Shown one piece after another: positions 19,741 through 29,209 of a stretch of 64,000 nt of DNA. This DNA comes from a virus (lineage: Duplodnaviria > Caudoviricetes), in the IMG/VR virus record IMGVR_UViG_3300020598_000119; one strand, written 5' to 3'. Within the stretch, counting starts at the first letter, position 1. Each line of letters starts with the position of its first letter. The translations under genes were made by a program, and so were the position numbers. A model generated the notes under the pieces. That model did not search any database, was not told where the DNA came from, and saw only the letters and a program-made list of their open reading frames with translations.

Positions 19741-20777
19741 GCGGCCTTCCGACTCGCAGGTGCCCTCGTTGATATCGTCGCCATCACATCGGCTATAGAG
19801 GCTTGAGGCACAGCCTGGGTGCCATCGTCGCTAACGATGTGCAATTGAGTTGGCCCCGAGACTATCACCCAAGCGACATGAGTTCCGCTGGAGCGGATTT
19901 CATAACCCCATGCCATGACATCCTGAGGTTCTTGAGCCACTCCCATCACATGCCTGGAGCCTGGCTTTTCCAGTTTGAGCGGCACCTTCTCCAACGAGAA
20001 CTGACCACCACTTGTCGTCTTGCCATCGTACCTCGGCTCGAATTGGCCTCCAAACCATGACGGTGCTCCGCTCAACAGCGGTGACGATGTGGCAGCCTTT
20101 GGAGGACGCCCTCGCCTGCTGGGAGCTTTGCCAGGTGCCGCACTCTCTGTAGCGACTGCTGCCTTTGGCTTGCGGCCCCGTTTCTGAGGAGCCGACTGAG
20201 GTGAAGCTTGTTCTACTACCTGAGCCTCCGTGGCGGCCTTCTTGGGCCGCCCACGGCCCTTTTTGGGAGCATCAGCCGTCTTCGGCTCTGCGGGTGCCGT
20301 TGATGCACTCTTGGGGGGACGTCCACGGCGCTTTTTAGGAGCTTCAGAAGCTTGAGCTGAGGGTGCTGGTGCGGTTGCGGAAGATTCTGCTTCCTCAGCT
20401 TTCGGAGGTCTGCCTCTGCGTTTTGCGGGCGCTTCTTCAGGTGCAGCCTGGCTGGATGCAGTTGTTCCGATCAATTCGAGATCGTCAATTACCCTTGCAA
20501 GATCGAGAAGGCTACCAAGCGTTATTCTGGCCCCGTCTCCTGAGAATGTGTCCATCAGGACCATCGTAGCGCCCGGGGCAATTTTCTCGTTCCCCGTTGG
20601 CCAGAATTTTGTAAGAACGCTTTTGATCCCTTCCAGGGAAGATGTCTTGACGGAAACACTCTTGGTTCCGGACCTTGATATGCTCGCCATATCACCGTTT
20701 GAAGATGTGGTGATTTTATATGGACCGGGAAGAGTGAGCGTTGCGTCCGTCGATTTCGACTGTTGGACTGCACTCAT
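19737..20777 (-). CDS. Multi-AT-hook, HMGA/histone-like protein
   Basis: [38 protein letters not shown] in an A/P/S/K-rich linker between two globular ends. Confidence 0.8.
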   Translation of the reverse strand: MSAVQQSKSTDATLTLPGPYKITTSSNGDMASISRSGTKSVSVKTSSLEGIKSVLTKFWPTGNEKIAPGATMVLMDTFSGDGARITLGSLLDLARVIDDLELIGTTASSQAAPEEAPAKRRGRPPKAEEAESSATAPAPSAQASEAPKKRRGRPPKSASTAPAEPKTADAPKKGRGRPKKAATEAQVVEQASPQSAPQKRGRKPKAAVATESAAPGKAPSRRGRPPKAATSSPLLSGAPSWFGGQFEPRYDGKTTSGGQFSLEKVPLKLEKPGSRHVMGVAQEPQDVMAWGYEIRSSGTHVAWVIVSGPTQLHIVSDDGTQAVPQASIADVMATISTRAPASRKAA

Positions 20778-20950
20778 TTTTCGACTCCCTACGCGATTGT
20801 TTCCTATCAGATTACGCGCAAATGCTATTTCGAACTTTTTGCAGCTCTCGTCAATGGGGAGCGAAAAATATCATTAAGAGAATTTAGACTTTGGAAATTC
20901 CAATGCCTATGTGACCATGTGTGAAACACACAGATTTGTTTGGAGTTCGT

Positions 20951-21562
20951 ATGCTTGGAAAATTCAAGGTCCGGAAGGATCGCGTTCTCGTTGTTGATTT
21001 CGAATTGACCTGCTGGGAAGGCCAAGCGCCTGAGGGCGAGATGGCGGAGATTATCGAAATTGGTCTCTCAGAGGTAGACGTCGAGAGACTAGAGATCAAG
21101 AAGACAGATTCGTATTTGGTGAAGCCGGAATATTCAACCATCTCGGAATACTGCACTAATTTGACGGGGATCACACCGCAACGCATGCGCAAGCAGGGAA
21201 GGCCGCTTGTTGATGTAGCCAATACCCTGAAAAAGAACTGGGGGTCTGCTTCAAAGGCATGGATGGCTTGGGGGAATGACCGCGAAGCCATAATAATCGA
21301 CTGCATGCGGAAGCAGATCGAAAACCCCTTTTCCGAGGCGTACCACAACATTGGCCAGCAATTCAGCATGATGGTTGGTGCGACATCCTCAATCGGCCTC
21401 AATAAAGCTTTTGAGATGATGGGGATTGAACGAACAGGCACTGCTCACACAGCTGGAGGCGATGCGGAAGATACAGCCTGCCTGTGGGTGCATCTGACAC
21501 AACGAATTCGCTCTGAATTGTTCCCGTCAGACAATTTTGAGATTCAAACTCCGTCGCATTAA
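20951..21562 (+). CDS. DEDDh 3'-5' exonuclease (ERI-1/KapD-like)
   Basis: VVDFELTCW, EIIEIG, LTGIT, WGND, HTAGGDA. Confidence 0.9.
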   Translation: MLGKFKVRKDRVLVVDFELTCWEGQAPEGEMAEIIEIGLSEVDVERLEIKKTDSYLVKPEYSTISEYCTNLTGITPQRMRKQGRPLVDVANTLKKNWGSASKAWMAWGNDREAIIIDCMRKQIENPFSEAYHNIGQQFSMMVGATSSIGLNKAFEMMGIERTGTAHTAGGDAEDTACLWVHLTQRIRSELFPSDNFEIQTPSH

Positions 21563-21637
21563 AATCTAAAACGTTTTGCGCTTTGCTTAACAGCTTTTTC
21601 GGCCGTAAATTAGGTAGATGCCGTTTCGGAGAGTTTC

Positions 21638-23068
21638 ATGATTGCGCTTTTGATCATCGTGATTGTTACCATAAGCCTTGCCGCAGGCATTGGTTACAGC
21701 ATCTTTTCCCTTATTAAATCGGGAGAAGTTTCGCTTGGCATTCAAAAGACTCAAGCGCAAATGCTTCAAATGAGCCATATGATTGGCGGGAGCCTTCAAA
21801 CTCATGATGGCAAGATCATGATTCCCGTTGAATTGACGAACGGCGCTGTCTCGAATGAAGTACCTTCATTCATCCCTTTCCGCCGCACCGCCTACGATAA
21901 AAAGATCACCTATTGCGCCGTGGCACCGACTGGAGCACAGGGCGCTTACGCCTTCGAAGCAGCTAATGGTAGAGACTATATAACCGAAGGAGCACCGCCC
22001 AGCCTGGCTCCAGAAATCCTGACGGCAATCCGAAACGCCAATGTGGTTGCCTATCTGCTTGCTCCTGCGCCGAATACCGAAACTGACCTCGTATGTACTG
22101 AAGTGTCCCTTGGCTCCAGTGGCACGTTCAATCTGACTGCAAACGGTGGGTTCGCGATGCCCATCTTCGGTACCGTAAAAGGCAACACTACGATTGATGT
22201 GAATTCGGCCGAGGAACTGACCGACGCGCTCAACAACATTGCCTACAATCGCCCATCCGACTCCACGATCAATCTGAAGACGGACGTCAACGTCACGACC
22301 AACGAAATCAATAATGTCACCAACCAGCTCGACGGTAGGCGCATTTCTATTGTCAACAAAAGTGGGAGTAGCAATCTGACCTTTACCGGAACAGTTACTC
22401 CGATAGAGATTACGGGCGACGTAAAGTTTGAAAACGTGAAAATGAGAGGAGACCACCTCCCAGCTCTGAATGTGAAGCCAAAAGGCATTCTCGACATCAT
22501 CAACTCAGAAGTCGGACCTATCACGAACGACCTAGGCACGGTTCTGATCGGAGAAAACAGTTTCGTATATGGCACAGCGTCGGCGACGCCTGTGAGCATC
22601 GCAGGCGGAACCGTGAAGATACACCAGACGGCGACAGTCGCTCCTTTGGCCTCGCCAGTCTTCAAGATCAACGGAGGCATGCTCTACGTGAGTGGCAGGC
22701 CGAACATAATGATCACAGCCTCATCCTCTATAACCGATTTCGCTCGGGACACGGTATCGGTTAGTGGCGGAGGCCGGATTGAAGGCAATCAGAACGAAAT
22801 CTCTTTCGCAATCACTGGATCTGCAACCCCATCGGTTACGCTCAGTCCGCTTCCGGAAGTGTCGACGTCCTGCTCTGGTGCGGAATGCGTAGCTACCTGT
22901 AGCGCATATGGCCCCACAGCAAAGGTCGTGGCTGGCAGTTGCTCGGCCGCAGGTAGCGAGCCACTGATTGGCTCGAAACTTGACCGTGATACACAGTCCT
23001 ATTCTTGTTCCTGGGCAATCAATCCGTCTGCAGGCTCCCATCGGGCGACCGCAATCTGCGCATACTGA
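21638..23068 (+). CDS. Large minor pilin / PilV-like tip adhesin
   Basis: Hydrophobic pilin-like N-terminus; beta-rich middle; Cys-rich C-terminus ending ATAICAY; next to pilin genes. Confidence 0.55.
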   Translation: MIALLIIVIVTISLAAGIGYSIFSLIKSGEVSLGIQKTQAQMLQMSHMIGGSLQTHDGKIMIPVELTNGAVSNEVPSFIPFRRTAYDKKITYCAVAPTGAQGAYAFEAANGRDYITEGAPPSLAPEILTAIRNANVVAYLLAPAPNTETDLVCTEVSLGSSGTFNLTANGGFAMPIFGTVKGNTTIDVNSAEELTDALNNIAYNRPSDSTINLKTDVNVTTNEINNVTNQLDGRRISIVNKSGSSNLTFTGTVTPIEITGDVKFENVKMRGDHLPALNVKPKGILDIINSEVGPITNDLGTVLIGENSFVYGTASATPVSIAGGTVKIHQTATVAPLASPVFKINGGMLYVSGRPNIMITASSSITDFARDTVSVSGGGRIEGNQNEISFAITGSATPSVTLSPLPEVSTSCSGAECVATCSAYGPTAKVVAGSCSAAGSEPLIGSKLDRDTQSYSCSWAINPSAGSHRATAICAY

Positions 23069-23069
23069 A

Positions 23070-23397
23070 AACAAAAGGGCTGTGGTCCAACCGCCCTTTA
23101 TACCTCCCCATCAGTCGAGCACGCGGATACGCCGACCCTCCGCGCTACAAACCAATTCCTGAAGCACTCTGGTTGAAACCATTATCCGTGGAAACGCTGG
23201 CGGATTGACAACCGACCGCAGCTCACATCGTTCGTCGCGGGAATGTTTTGGCTTCCGAGTGCTTAAGGAGTCATACCCGACAAGCTTGGAAACATAAAAG
23301 GAGCTAAACCTCTCAGCCAGCTCCTTTAAGCAATGAGTCCTATCAACCGTCCCGCTTGGATTACTTGAAGTGACAGGGAGAACCCCTCTGTCGATAT
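23070..23397 (-). ncRNA. Candidate structured non-coding RNA (~330 nt)
   Basis: At least eight complementary segment pairs; its own terminator at 23074-23099; isolated from upstream genes by the terminator at 23460-23484. Confidence 0.5.
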
Positions 23398-23459
23398 CTC
23401 AGTGGCATACAAGTAAAATGTCTAAATACCAACCCAATGAAGAAATAATAACAAACAAA

Positions 23460-23484
23460 AAGGCAGGTTAAAATGACCTGCCTT
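23460..23484 (-). terminator. Terminator after the second pilin
   Basis: AAGGCAGGT-N7-ACCTGCCTT with T-tract on the minus strand. Confidence 0.75.
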
Positions 23485-23496
23485 ACATAATCAAAC

Positions 23497-23982
23497 TTAG
23501 TTGATAAGCTGACAAACTGGCCATGATTTATATTTATTGGCCAAAATCTCTTCAGGAGTTCCCGCCGCTCCCGAGCATGGTGGGCAACCCTTGTAGGGTT
23601 CGCTTGCCAAATCCGCTACGCTAATGTCATGTCCTGCAACTCGATTCATTGAGGAACACTCGTCAATAGTTTGGTTTTTGATCGGTCGTGAAAGAGTCTG
23701 AGGATTCACCGTCCACTCGCCAGCTGGAACTTCCTTCAAATATTTATTATCCACCAGAAACTGAAGCAATTCTTCATTCTCAAGGTTTGAAGGCGGATAC
23801 ATTGCGTGATCGTTAAAATATAGACGCAACGCACCTTCAATTTGCGAACCAGTATTCATGTTACCAGCATAATCAGCACGGATTTTCGCATCCGAATGCG
23901 CTCCTCCGCCATAATACATTGCTGCGAGGACCAACAGACCTAGAAGAAAAATGGCTATAACTGCGGCTATCAGCTGAAACAT
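23497..23982 (-). CDS. Type IV pilin-like protein (paralog 2)
   Basis: MFQLIAAVIAIFLLGLLVLAAMYYGG; QIEGALRLY; LVDNKYLKEVP; AAGGA RBS before ATG 23982. Confidence 0.8.
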   Translation of the reverse strand: MFQLIAAVIAIFLLGLLVLAAMYYGGGAHSDAKIRADYAGNMNTGSQIEGALRLYFNDHAMYPPSNLENEELLQFLVDNKYLKEVPAGEWTVNPQTLSRPIKNQTIDECSSMNRVAGHDISVADLASEPYKGCPPCSGAAGTPEEILANKYKSWPVCQLIN

Positions 23983-24026
23983 TTTGCTATTCCTTATCTT
24001 ATATAAATAGCACCTCACCTAACAAT

Positions 24027-24061
24027 TTTGGGGAGGGACGGTTTTGCCGACCCTCCCCAAA
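24027..24061 (-). terminator. Terminator after the major pilin
   Basis: TTTGGGGAGGG...CCCTCCCCAAA. Confidence 0.75.
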
Positions 24062-24078
24062 ATCCAGCCCAAATCAAA

Positions 24079-24588
24079 TTAGAGCGGGAAACCGAAGTGC
24101 GTAGCGGCAGTACCGTCAGTTGTCGAAGAAACGGTACCAGCAGTGCTGTCAGCAGTTACACAAAGTCCATTTTGCTTCAGAACTTCGCCAGTCTCATCGA
24201 CATCTGCAGTTGCAGCATCATCAGCGCGGCAGAGTTCTGCAGCTGCAGTTCCCTTGAATGCTACTACTGCATAAAGCTTGCCATCAGAGGCTGCCGCAAT
24301 GTTCCATGCCCCATCAGCGATCTTACCAGCAGTTGGAGCCTGAGCAAGGAAGCCACCCGACACAAGATCGTCAATCGGAGTTTCACCAGCACCAGTTGCA
24401 ACAGCAACACCATGCTCAGTCTTGTACAAGGCAGCCGCACCAGCAATCTGCTGTCCCTGGTTGATGAGCGTGGTAACGTTGGCCTTTTCCGAGGACTTCG
24501 TGAATGCGTCGCCGCCGTAGAAAATCGAAGCGATAGCGAGAGCAGCGATAAGGGCGATGGAGATGACGGCTACAATAAGCTGAAACAT
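24079..24588 (-). CDS. Probable major type IV pilin
   Basis: MFQLIVAVISIALIAALAIASIFYGG; QQIAGAAALY; LVSGGFLAQAP; C-terminal Cys pair; strong RBS and own terminator. Confidence 0.8.
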   Translation of the reverse strand: MFQLIVAVISIALIAALAIASIFYGGDAFTKSSEKANVTTLINQGQQIAGAAALYKTEHGVAVATGAGETPIDDLVSGGFLAQAPTAGKIADGAWNIAAASDGKLYAVVAFKGTAAAELCRADDAATADVDETGEVLKQNGLCVTADSTAGTVSSTTDGTAATHFGFPL

Positions 24589-25053
24589 GATTATTCCTTC
24601 CTGAATAGGCTAACAATTAAGCCTGATGATGTTTCTTGCCGGGGCGGTTTCTTTGTTTTTGTCACCCTGACAGCTTAAGAATTCGCCCCATTTTAATCAC
24701 CGTCAAGCGCTCAAATCAGTATTTATATCGCTTCTAAGCCGTTGATTTTGTAAAACATAATCGTCGTCTAAGTTGGTCAACAAATTTCACTTACATTTTT
24801 TTCTGAACATTTCTGTAAAATGACTTTTATCGGCGTTTTTTATCTGGAAAACACGCCGACAGAAACAAATGACCGACCTCGGGTTGCGGCACACGCATTC
24901 CGGCGTTTTCTGATTGAAAAGATATCTTTAAGGCGGATTTTGATCCGCTAAAGGTTCTTGCTGCCTCCTGCCTCTGACTGGACGATGACAATTTGCCATT
25001 TCCGCTATGCAGGCCGACAAACAACAATCGTATGGATCAATCGGAGCTACTCG

Positions 25054-25620
25054 ATGAACAGAAATGCAGGATTTACGCGACCAGGCATACCAGCCGCTCG
25101 TACTCGACACAGCTCCGAGGTCGAAACCAAGATCGAAGAGCTGGCTACAATAATCAGGCCTTTCCTCAAGGACGATTGTTTCGGATGGATTTCTCCATCA
25201 GGAGACATTCATACCGTCCTCAGCCACGGCCATCTTGATTTCTTCGAACACTACAATGGCACCGACAAACCCGAAGACCTCGACATCTATTTTAGCCTGG
25301 CAAAGCAAGATTTGGACGAGAAGGCTGACAAATGGCTGAAGGATGCTGGGGATGCTCATCCCTGTTGGCACATCTTCTCGTGTCATTATTCATTCGAACC
25401 GGGTGACGAAATTCAAAGCGCGTTCTTGGCCAAGGCCTACGAAAAAGGCTGGGGCCGCATTGGAACATTCGACGGCGATAAGATCGAACTAGAATGTTTT
25501 GGCGAATGCAAGCGCGTTCTGCAGCGCCATGCTCAAGAACTGGCAAAAATGACGGGCCGATCTCTTTTGATCACAGTGATAGAACCGCCACCAGAGATAA
25601 AGCAATCATTCGCACCATAA
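25054..25620 (+). CDS. Hypothetical protein
   Basis: ORF with GGAG RBS; terminator AAGGAGCC...GGCTCCTT at about 25627-25651. Confidence 0.7.
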   Translation: MNRNAGFTRPGIPAARTRHSSEVETKIEELATIIRPFLKDDCFGWISPSGDIHTVLSHGHLDFFEHYNGTDKPEDLDIYFSLAKQDLDEKADKWLKDAGDAHPCWHIFSCHYSFEPGDEIQSAFLAKAYEKGWGRIGTFDGDKIELECFGECKRVLQRHAQELAKMTGRSLLITVIEPPPEIKQSFAP

Positions 25621-25869
25621 ACGAAAAAGGAGCCTCTTTTGAAGGCTCCTTAGACAGGTTTAGACTCTCCCACGTCGTCTTTGACGCAACAGCTCTCATG
25701 AGGGCACCGTGGGCGAGTAATTTTAATTATACCGAGATATTCACTTTTTCAAATGGGAAATACGCGTCGCAGCAGTTGTTGTCGTCGGCCTCAAAGTCCC
25801 GTGTCTGTCTTCTTCAATGTCGCAAACGCAAATCGCCGAGTACCTTGCTTGGGAGATAGGTGCGAAATT

Positions 25870-26323
25870 CTATTTCTTGTTGAGGCGTAGCAACTCTTTG
25901 AGCGCATCAGTCACGTCAACTACGCTATCTGGGCAGACACGTAGCGTCAGGACAGAGGCGGATTCATTTTGCACTGTTGGCGGGTTCCCATATAGGTCTT
26001 CGGGAATCTTCCGTGTAATGCTTACGCATTGTCGCTGCCCGATACATTTCAATGCGACGTCTTGGCGTGTCCTCCAACCCATCAGGGGTCACGTCCTTAA
26101 GCTGAAGGTTTGCTGAGAAGACCCGGTGGTCGCCTCCATAGCTATACGTGCGCTGGATCAGACGATCTTCCTCTTGCGTCGCTGCCGCTGGGCAGCCTAT
26201 CGCCAGGCCAAGTAGCTCAAGCGGCCCTGCAGCGTCTTCCTCCATGCCAGCCTTCGATGGGCTAAGGAATAGCAACGACACCGCGATTGATACAAAGCAC
26301 CCCCTAAGACGCAGCTTGCTCAT
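25870..26323 (-). pseudogene. Probable frameshifted exported protein
   Basis: Signal-peptide ORF 26323-25964 overlaps a second-frame ORF 26082-25870 whose tail is more protein-like. Confidence 0.4.
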
Positions 26324-26522
26324 TCGACACTCCCCGCGTTAGCTAGATTGTTCCGCACTCTATTCCTTGGCAAGCTTGGCGAACATGCGCCGCTGTTCCT
26401 AACTTGGATGTATTTTTACGAACCCAGCTCCATCCAAAGAGGTAATCGTCGACAAGAACCGAGGCCTTTCCAGAAGTGCTATCCTAATCGACAGGTTCAC
26501 CACCAATGAGGGAGGGTATACA

Positions 26523-27389
26523 ATGCGTCTCGTAGGCGTAGTTCTTTTCTGGTTTTGGCTAGCTTCGACGGCGCTTGGACAAACACCTGATCAATTGCTT
26601 GCGGCAGCAAAGAGTGGAAATTGCCCAGAATCCAACTTCCAGCAGTTTAAGCTTCGTACTTCGAACCACTGCGAGATCAACGAGTGTAAGAAGGGACCAG
26701 GATGGGAACAATGCATGAATGACCACTGGGACAAATTTCAATTGTGTCTCAAAGCCGTTAATGCCGAGAACGAGAAAATCCAGATCTACAACGCTTTCAT
26801 TCTGCAGTGCCAAAACAAGAAAATTGAGCGAGATGTGAAGGCTAACAAAGCGATGGAGGAGGCCAAGCGAAACGCTCGGCCGGACCCGGCTCTCAAATCC
26901 TCGCCAGACCATGCTCCAGACGTAGCCCCGAACAAGAAAACGGATTGGTCTTTGCGAGCTAAAAAGACACAACAGCGCTCGCAGAAAGCAGCCGCCAATA
27001 GGCAGCAAGAAACAGACCAGCTGAGGCAACAGAACCAAGACGCTTTCATGGAAAACAGGCAGAGAGCCGCCGAGGAACAGCGTCAAGAAAACGAGGCATC
27101 GCAGCAGCAGGCGACACGCCCCGTTGTCCCGTACCAAACTGACGGTCAGGGTGGATCATCAGGCCCATGGTATGCGAGTGAATACTGCTCACAAGGCATC
27201 GCTATCATTGAAAACAGGGTCTTTACCGGAAAGGCGTGCGCGTATTGCGACCCTGAAAGTTACCTAGGTGCCCGAAGTGTCGATTGCTCAAGTGAATGGG
27301 GTCAGCGAGAAGCAATCCAAAGGTGTGGACGTTCGCTCGAATTGGATAGCTACAGACGTGGCTCTGGAGGACAATGCCTAGGTCAGTAG
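26523..27389 (+). CDS. Secreted Cys-rich/coiled-coil protein
   Basis: Signal peptide; GGAGGG RBS; Cys clusters at both ends with a Q/R/E-rich linker. Confidence 0.75.
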   Translation: MRLVGVVLFWFWLASTALGQTPDQLLAAAKSGNCPESNFQQFKLRTSNHCEINECKKGPGWEQCMNDHWDKFQLCLKAVNAENEKIQIYNAFILQCQNKKIERDVKANKAMEEAKRNARPDPALKSSPDHAPDVAPNKKTDWSLRAKKTQQRSQKAAANRQQETDQLRQQNQDAFMENRQRAAEEQRQENEASQQQATRPVVPYQTDGQGGSSGPWYASEYCSQGIAIIENRVFTGKACAYCDPESYLGARSVDCSSEWGQREAIQRCGRSLELDSYRRGSGGQCLGQ

Positions 27390-27444
27390 GGCAAATACCA
27401 GAAATGGCTTATCATCCCCGCCGTTCGTTCTGCTGATGCTTGCC

Positions 27445-27513
27445 AGAGGAGAACCACCAACCAACCCAAAAAAACCAAAGTTCCGGTTTTTTGGGTTGGT
27501 TGGTGTCTCTTCT
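27445..27513. repeat. Long low-complexity hairpin between convergent genes
   Basis: CACCAACCAACCCAAAAAAACC-N8-GGTTTTTTGGGTTGGTTGGTG. Confidence 0.8.
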
Positions 27514-27536
27514 AACATCTTGTTTTTACATTTTTT

Positions 27537-28700
27537 TTAAATCCCAGCAGAAAACTGGAGCATCGGCAAAATAACCAAACCGAATAAAAGCGCCCCCGCT
27601 GCCGTCATGAAGAGAGCGGCGACCATCTGTAGGGCTGGGGCAAACGATTTGATGCGGGACATATACATGTCTCGATACTGGCGAGCCAACATGTCCAGCG
27701 TTCTTGCCGTGTCCTCTCGGTCTGTCGAGGAAGATAGCGCGGCACGGTCTGTTGGATGCAAGGTCTCCAATGCGTTAGCCCATGTTTTACCGGTTCTAAT
27801 GAAAATAAGTGATCGCTCGATATCCGTTCTCAATGCTCCTCTTGGCGATCCCTCGGCAGTAAGAGCCAAGGATTCTTCCATGGGAATGCCAGACGCTACT
27901 AGCAACCCGAACTTGTAGAGCACAACATATGCGTTTCGCGAAAGGACGAGATCCTTGTAGTAAGGGACCCTCAGGATCAGCTTATCTGCAAAATCTGGAG
28001 CAAGTGCACGTCCTGCAGTGCCGAGCCAGAGAAAGAGTGCGAAGATTACCAAAATGAAAATTTGAATGCCGCACAGAACCTTGCCAACAGTTTCGATCCA
28101 GTCGACGTTAACCGCATCAGATTGCTTGAACATTGGGTTGTCCGTCACCTGAGGGCCGAAATAATAGACGGAGCTGAGCATGAGAGCCGCAGAAACGATA
28201 AAAGTACCAATTGCCGCTGCAATGTCCTTGGCAGCGCCTTTCTGAATGCCAGATATAAGGTATTCGAACTCGGCGGCGTCGCGCAACGCCTTCCAGGTCT
28301 CACCTCCCTGAACACCTGCCTTCACGAGAGCAGCGGTTGCGACTGGAAAATTTTTGCGGTCATTATCGATTGCATCAGCTAGGGTATTGCCAGCCTCAAG
28401 TTGCGCCATCAGACCTTGAGCACATTTCCGGATGCGGCCTGTAAATGTAGTCGCCATCAAATCCAATGCTCTGGTGACAGGCATCTTCGAGCCAATCATG
28501 GAGGACAAGCGCAACATAAATGTGTTTCGCTCACCTGCGCTCATCCCAGTCGAAAGGTCGAAATTCCAACGACGCTTAACGGAAAGGACTTGGGAACCTT
28601 GCTGAAGTGCCTTTTTTTCGGCCTCTTGGGAATCAAGAGCATCAACCTTGATTGATTTAATCCCCGTGTCCGTCACAACGCGTGCAATAAATACCGCCAT
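27537..28700 (-). CDS. Type IV pilus inner-membrane platform protein (GspF/PilC/PilR family)
   Basis: Two T2SSF-like repeats (LEAGNTLADAI, LVKAGVQGG; LVASGIPMEESL), three TM segments, terminal VILPM. Confidence 0.88.
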   Translation of the reverse strand: MAVFIARVVTDTGIKSIKVDALDSQEAEKKALQQGSQVLSVKRRWNFDLSTGMSAGERNTFMLRLSSMIGSKMPVTRALDLMATTFTGRIRKCAQGLMAQLEAGNTLADAIDNDRKNFPVATAALVKAGVQGGETWKALRDAAEFEYLISGIQKGAAKDIAAAIGTFIVSAALMLSSVYYFGPQVTDNPMFKQSDAVNVDWIETVGKVLCGIQIFILVIFALFLWLGTAGRALAPDFADKLILRVPYYKDLVLSRNAYVVLYKFGLLVASGIPMEESLALTAEGSPRGALRTDIERSLIFIRTGKTWANALETLHPTDRAALSSSTDREDTARTLDMLARQYRDMYMSRIKSFAPALQMVAALFMTAAGALLFGLVILPMLQFSAGI

Positions 28701-29209
28701 CAGTTTACCTTAAAGACTAGTGCTATAGAGGGCCTCATAGCGAGATATGGGTAATTAAACCCCACGCTCTCAGTCGTTGCCGTTCCCTGCACTGCATCAA
28801 CACAATTAGTATCAACCTTGATTGTCTGCGACCTGGATAACAAGTTAGCAAATGTCCAAATGCCTCGATCTACCCCGACATTAATCTGGTTAGAAGGAGT
28901 TCGGTAGAGACATAAATGGTCTCCTTCTATTTTCCATTGATAAGGCTGCACGTCACGTGAATATTTCGGAAACTGAGGAATCTTGCCGTTCGGCAAAAAA
29001 CCAACCAATTGATCTATATTTTCTGGCATTAGACCATTATTCACAGACTTGTAATTGAGGACGCCGCTTACAAGTGTCTCATAGTTCGCCCTTACAACAG
29101 CAGCTGTCTCTGTTCTCACACCTATATCGTGGCTATAGTAACTCACTCCGCCAAATACGACGAGAGCCGAGAGTGCGATTGCCATTACAACTACTATCAA
29201 CGCCATCAT
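28700..29209 (-). CDS. Minor pilin-like protein
   Basis: MMALIVVVMAIALSALVVFGGVSYY; position between ATPase and platform genes. Confidence 0.7.
   Translation of the reverse strand: MMALIVVVMAIALSALVVFGGVSYYSHDIGVRTETAAVVRANYETLVSGVLNYKSVNNGLMPENIDQLVGFLPNGKIPQFPKYSRDVQPYQWKIEGDHLCLYRTPSNQINVGVDRGIWTFANLLSRSQTIKVDTNCVDAVQGTATTESVGFNYPYLAMRPSIALVFKVN

Noticed and set aside
21638-23400. Shufflon at the PilV-like gene
   Set aside because: No alternative C-terminal cassettes, sfx-like repeats or Rci recombinase are visible
23501-23524. Three in-phase octamer-like units (ttgataag ctgacaaa ctggccat)
   Set aside because: Only three units and inside a pilin coding end; could be chance without a PWM score
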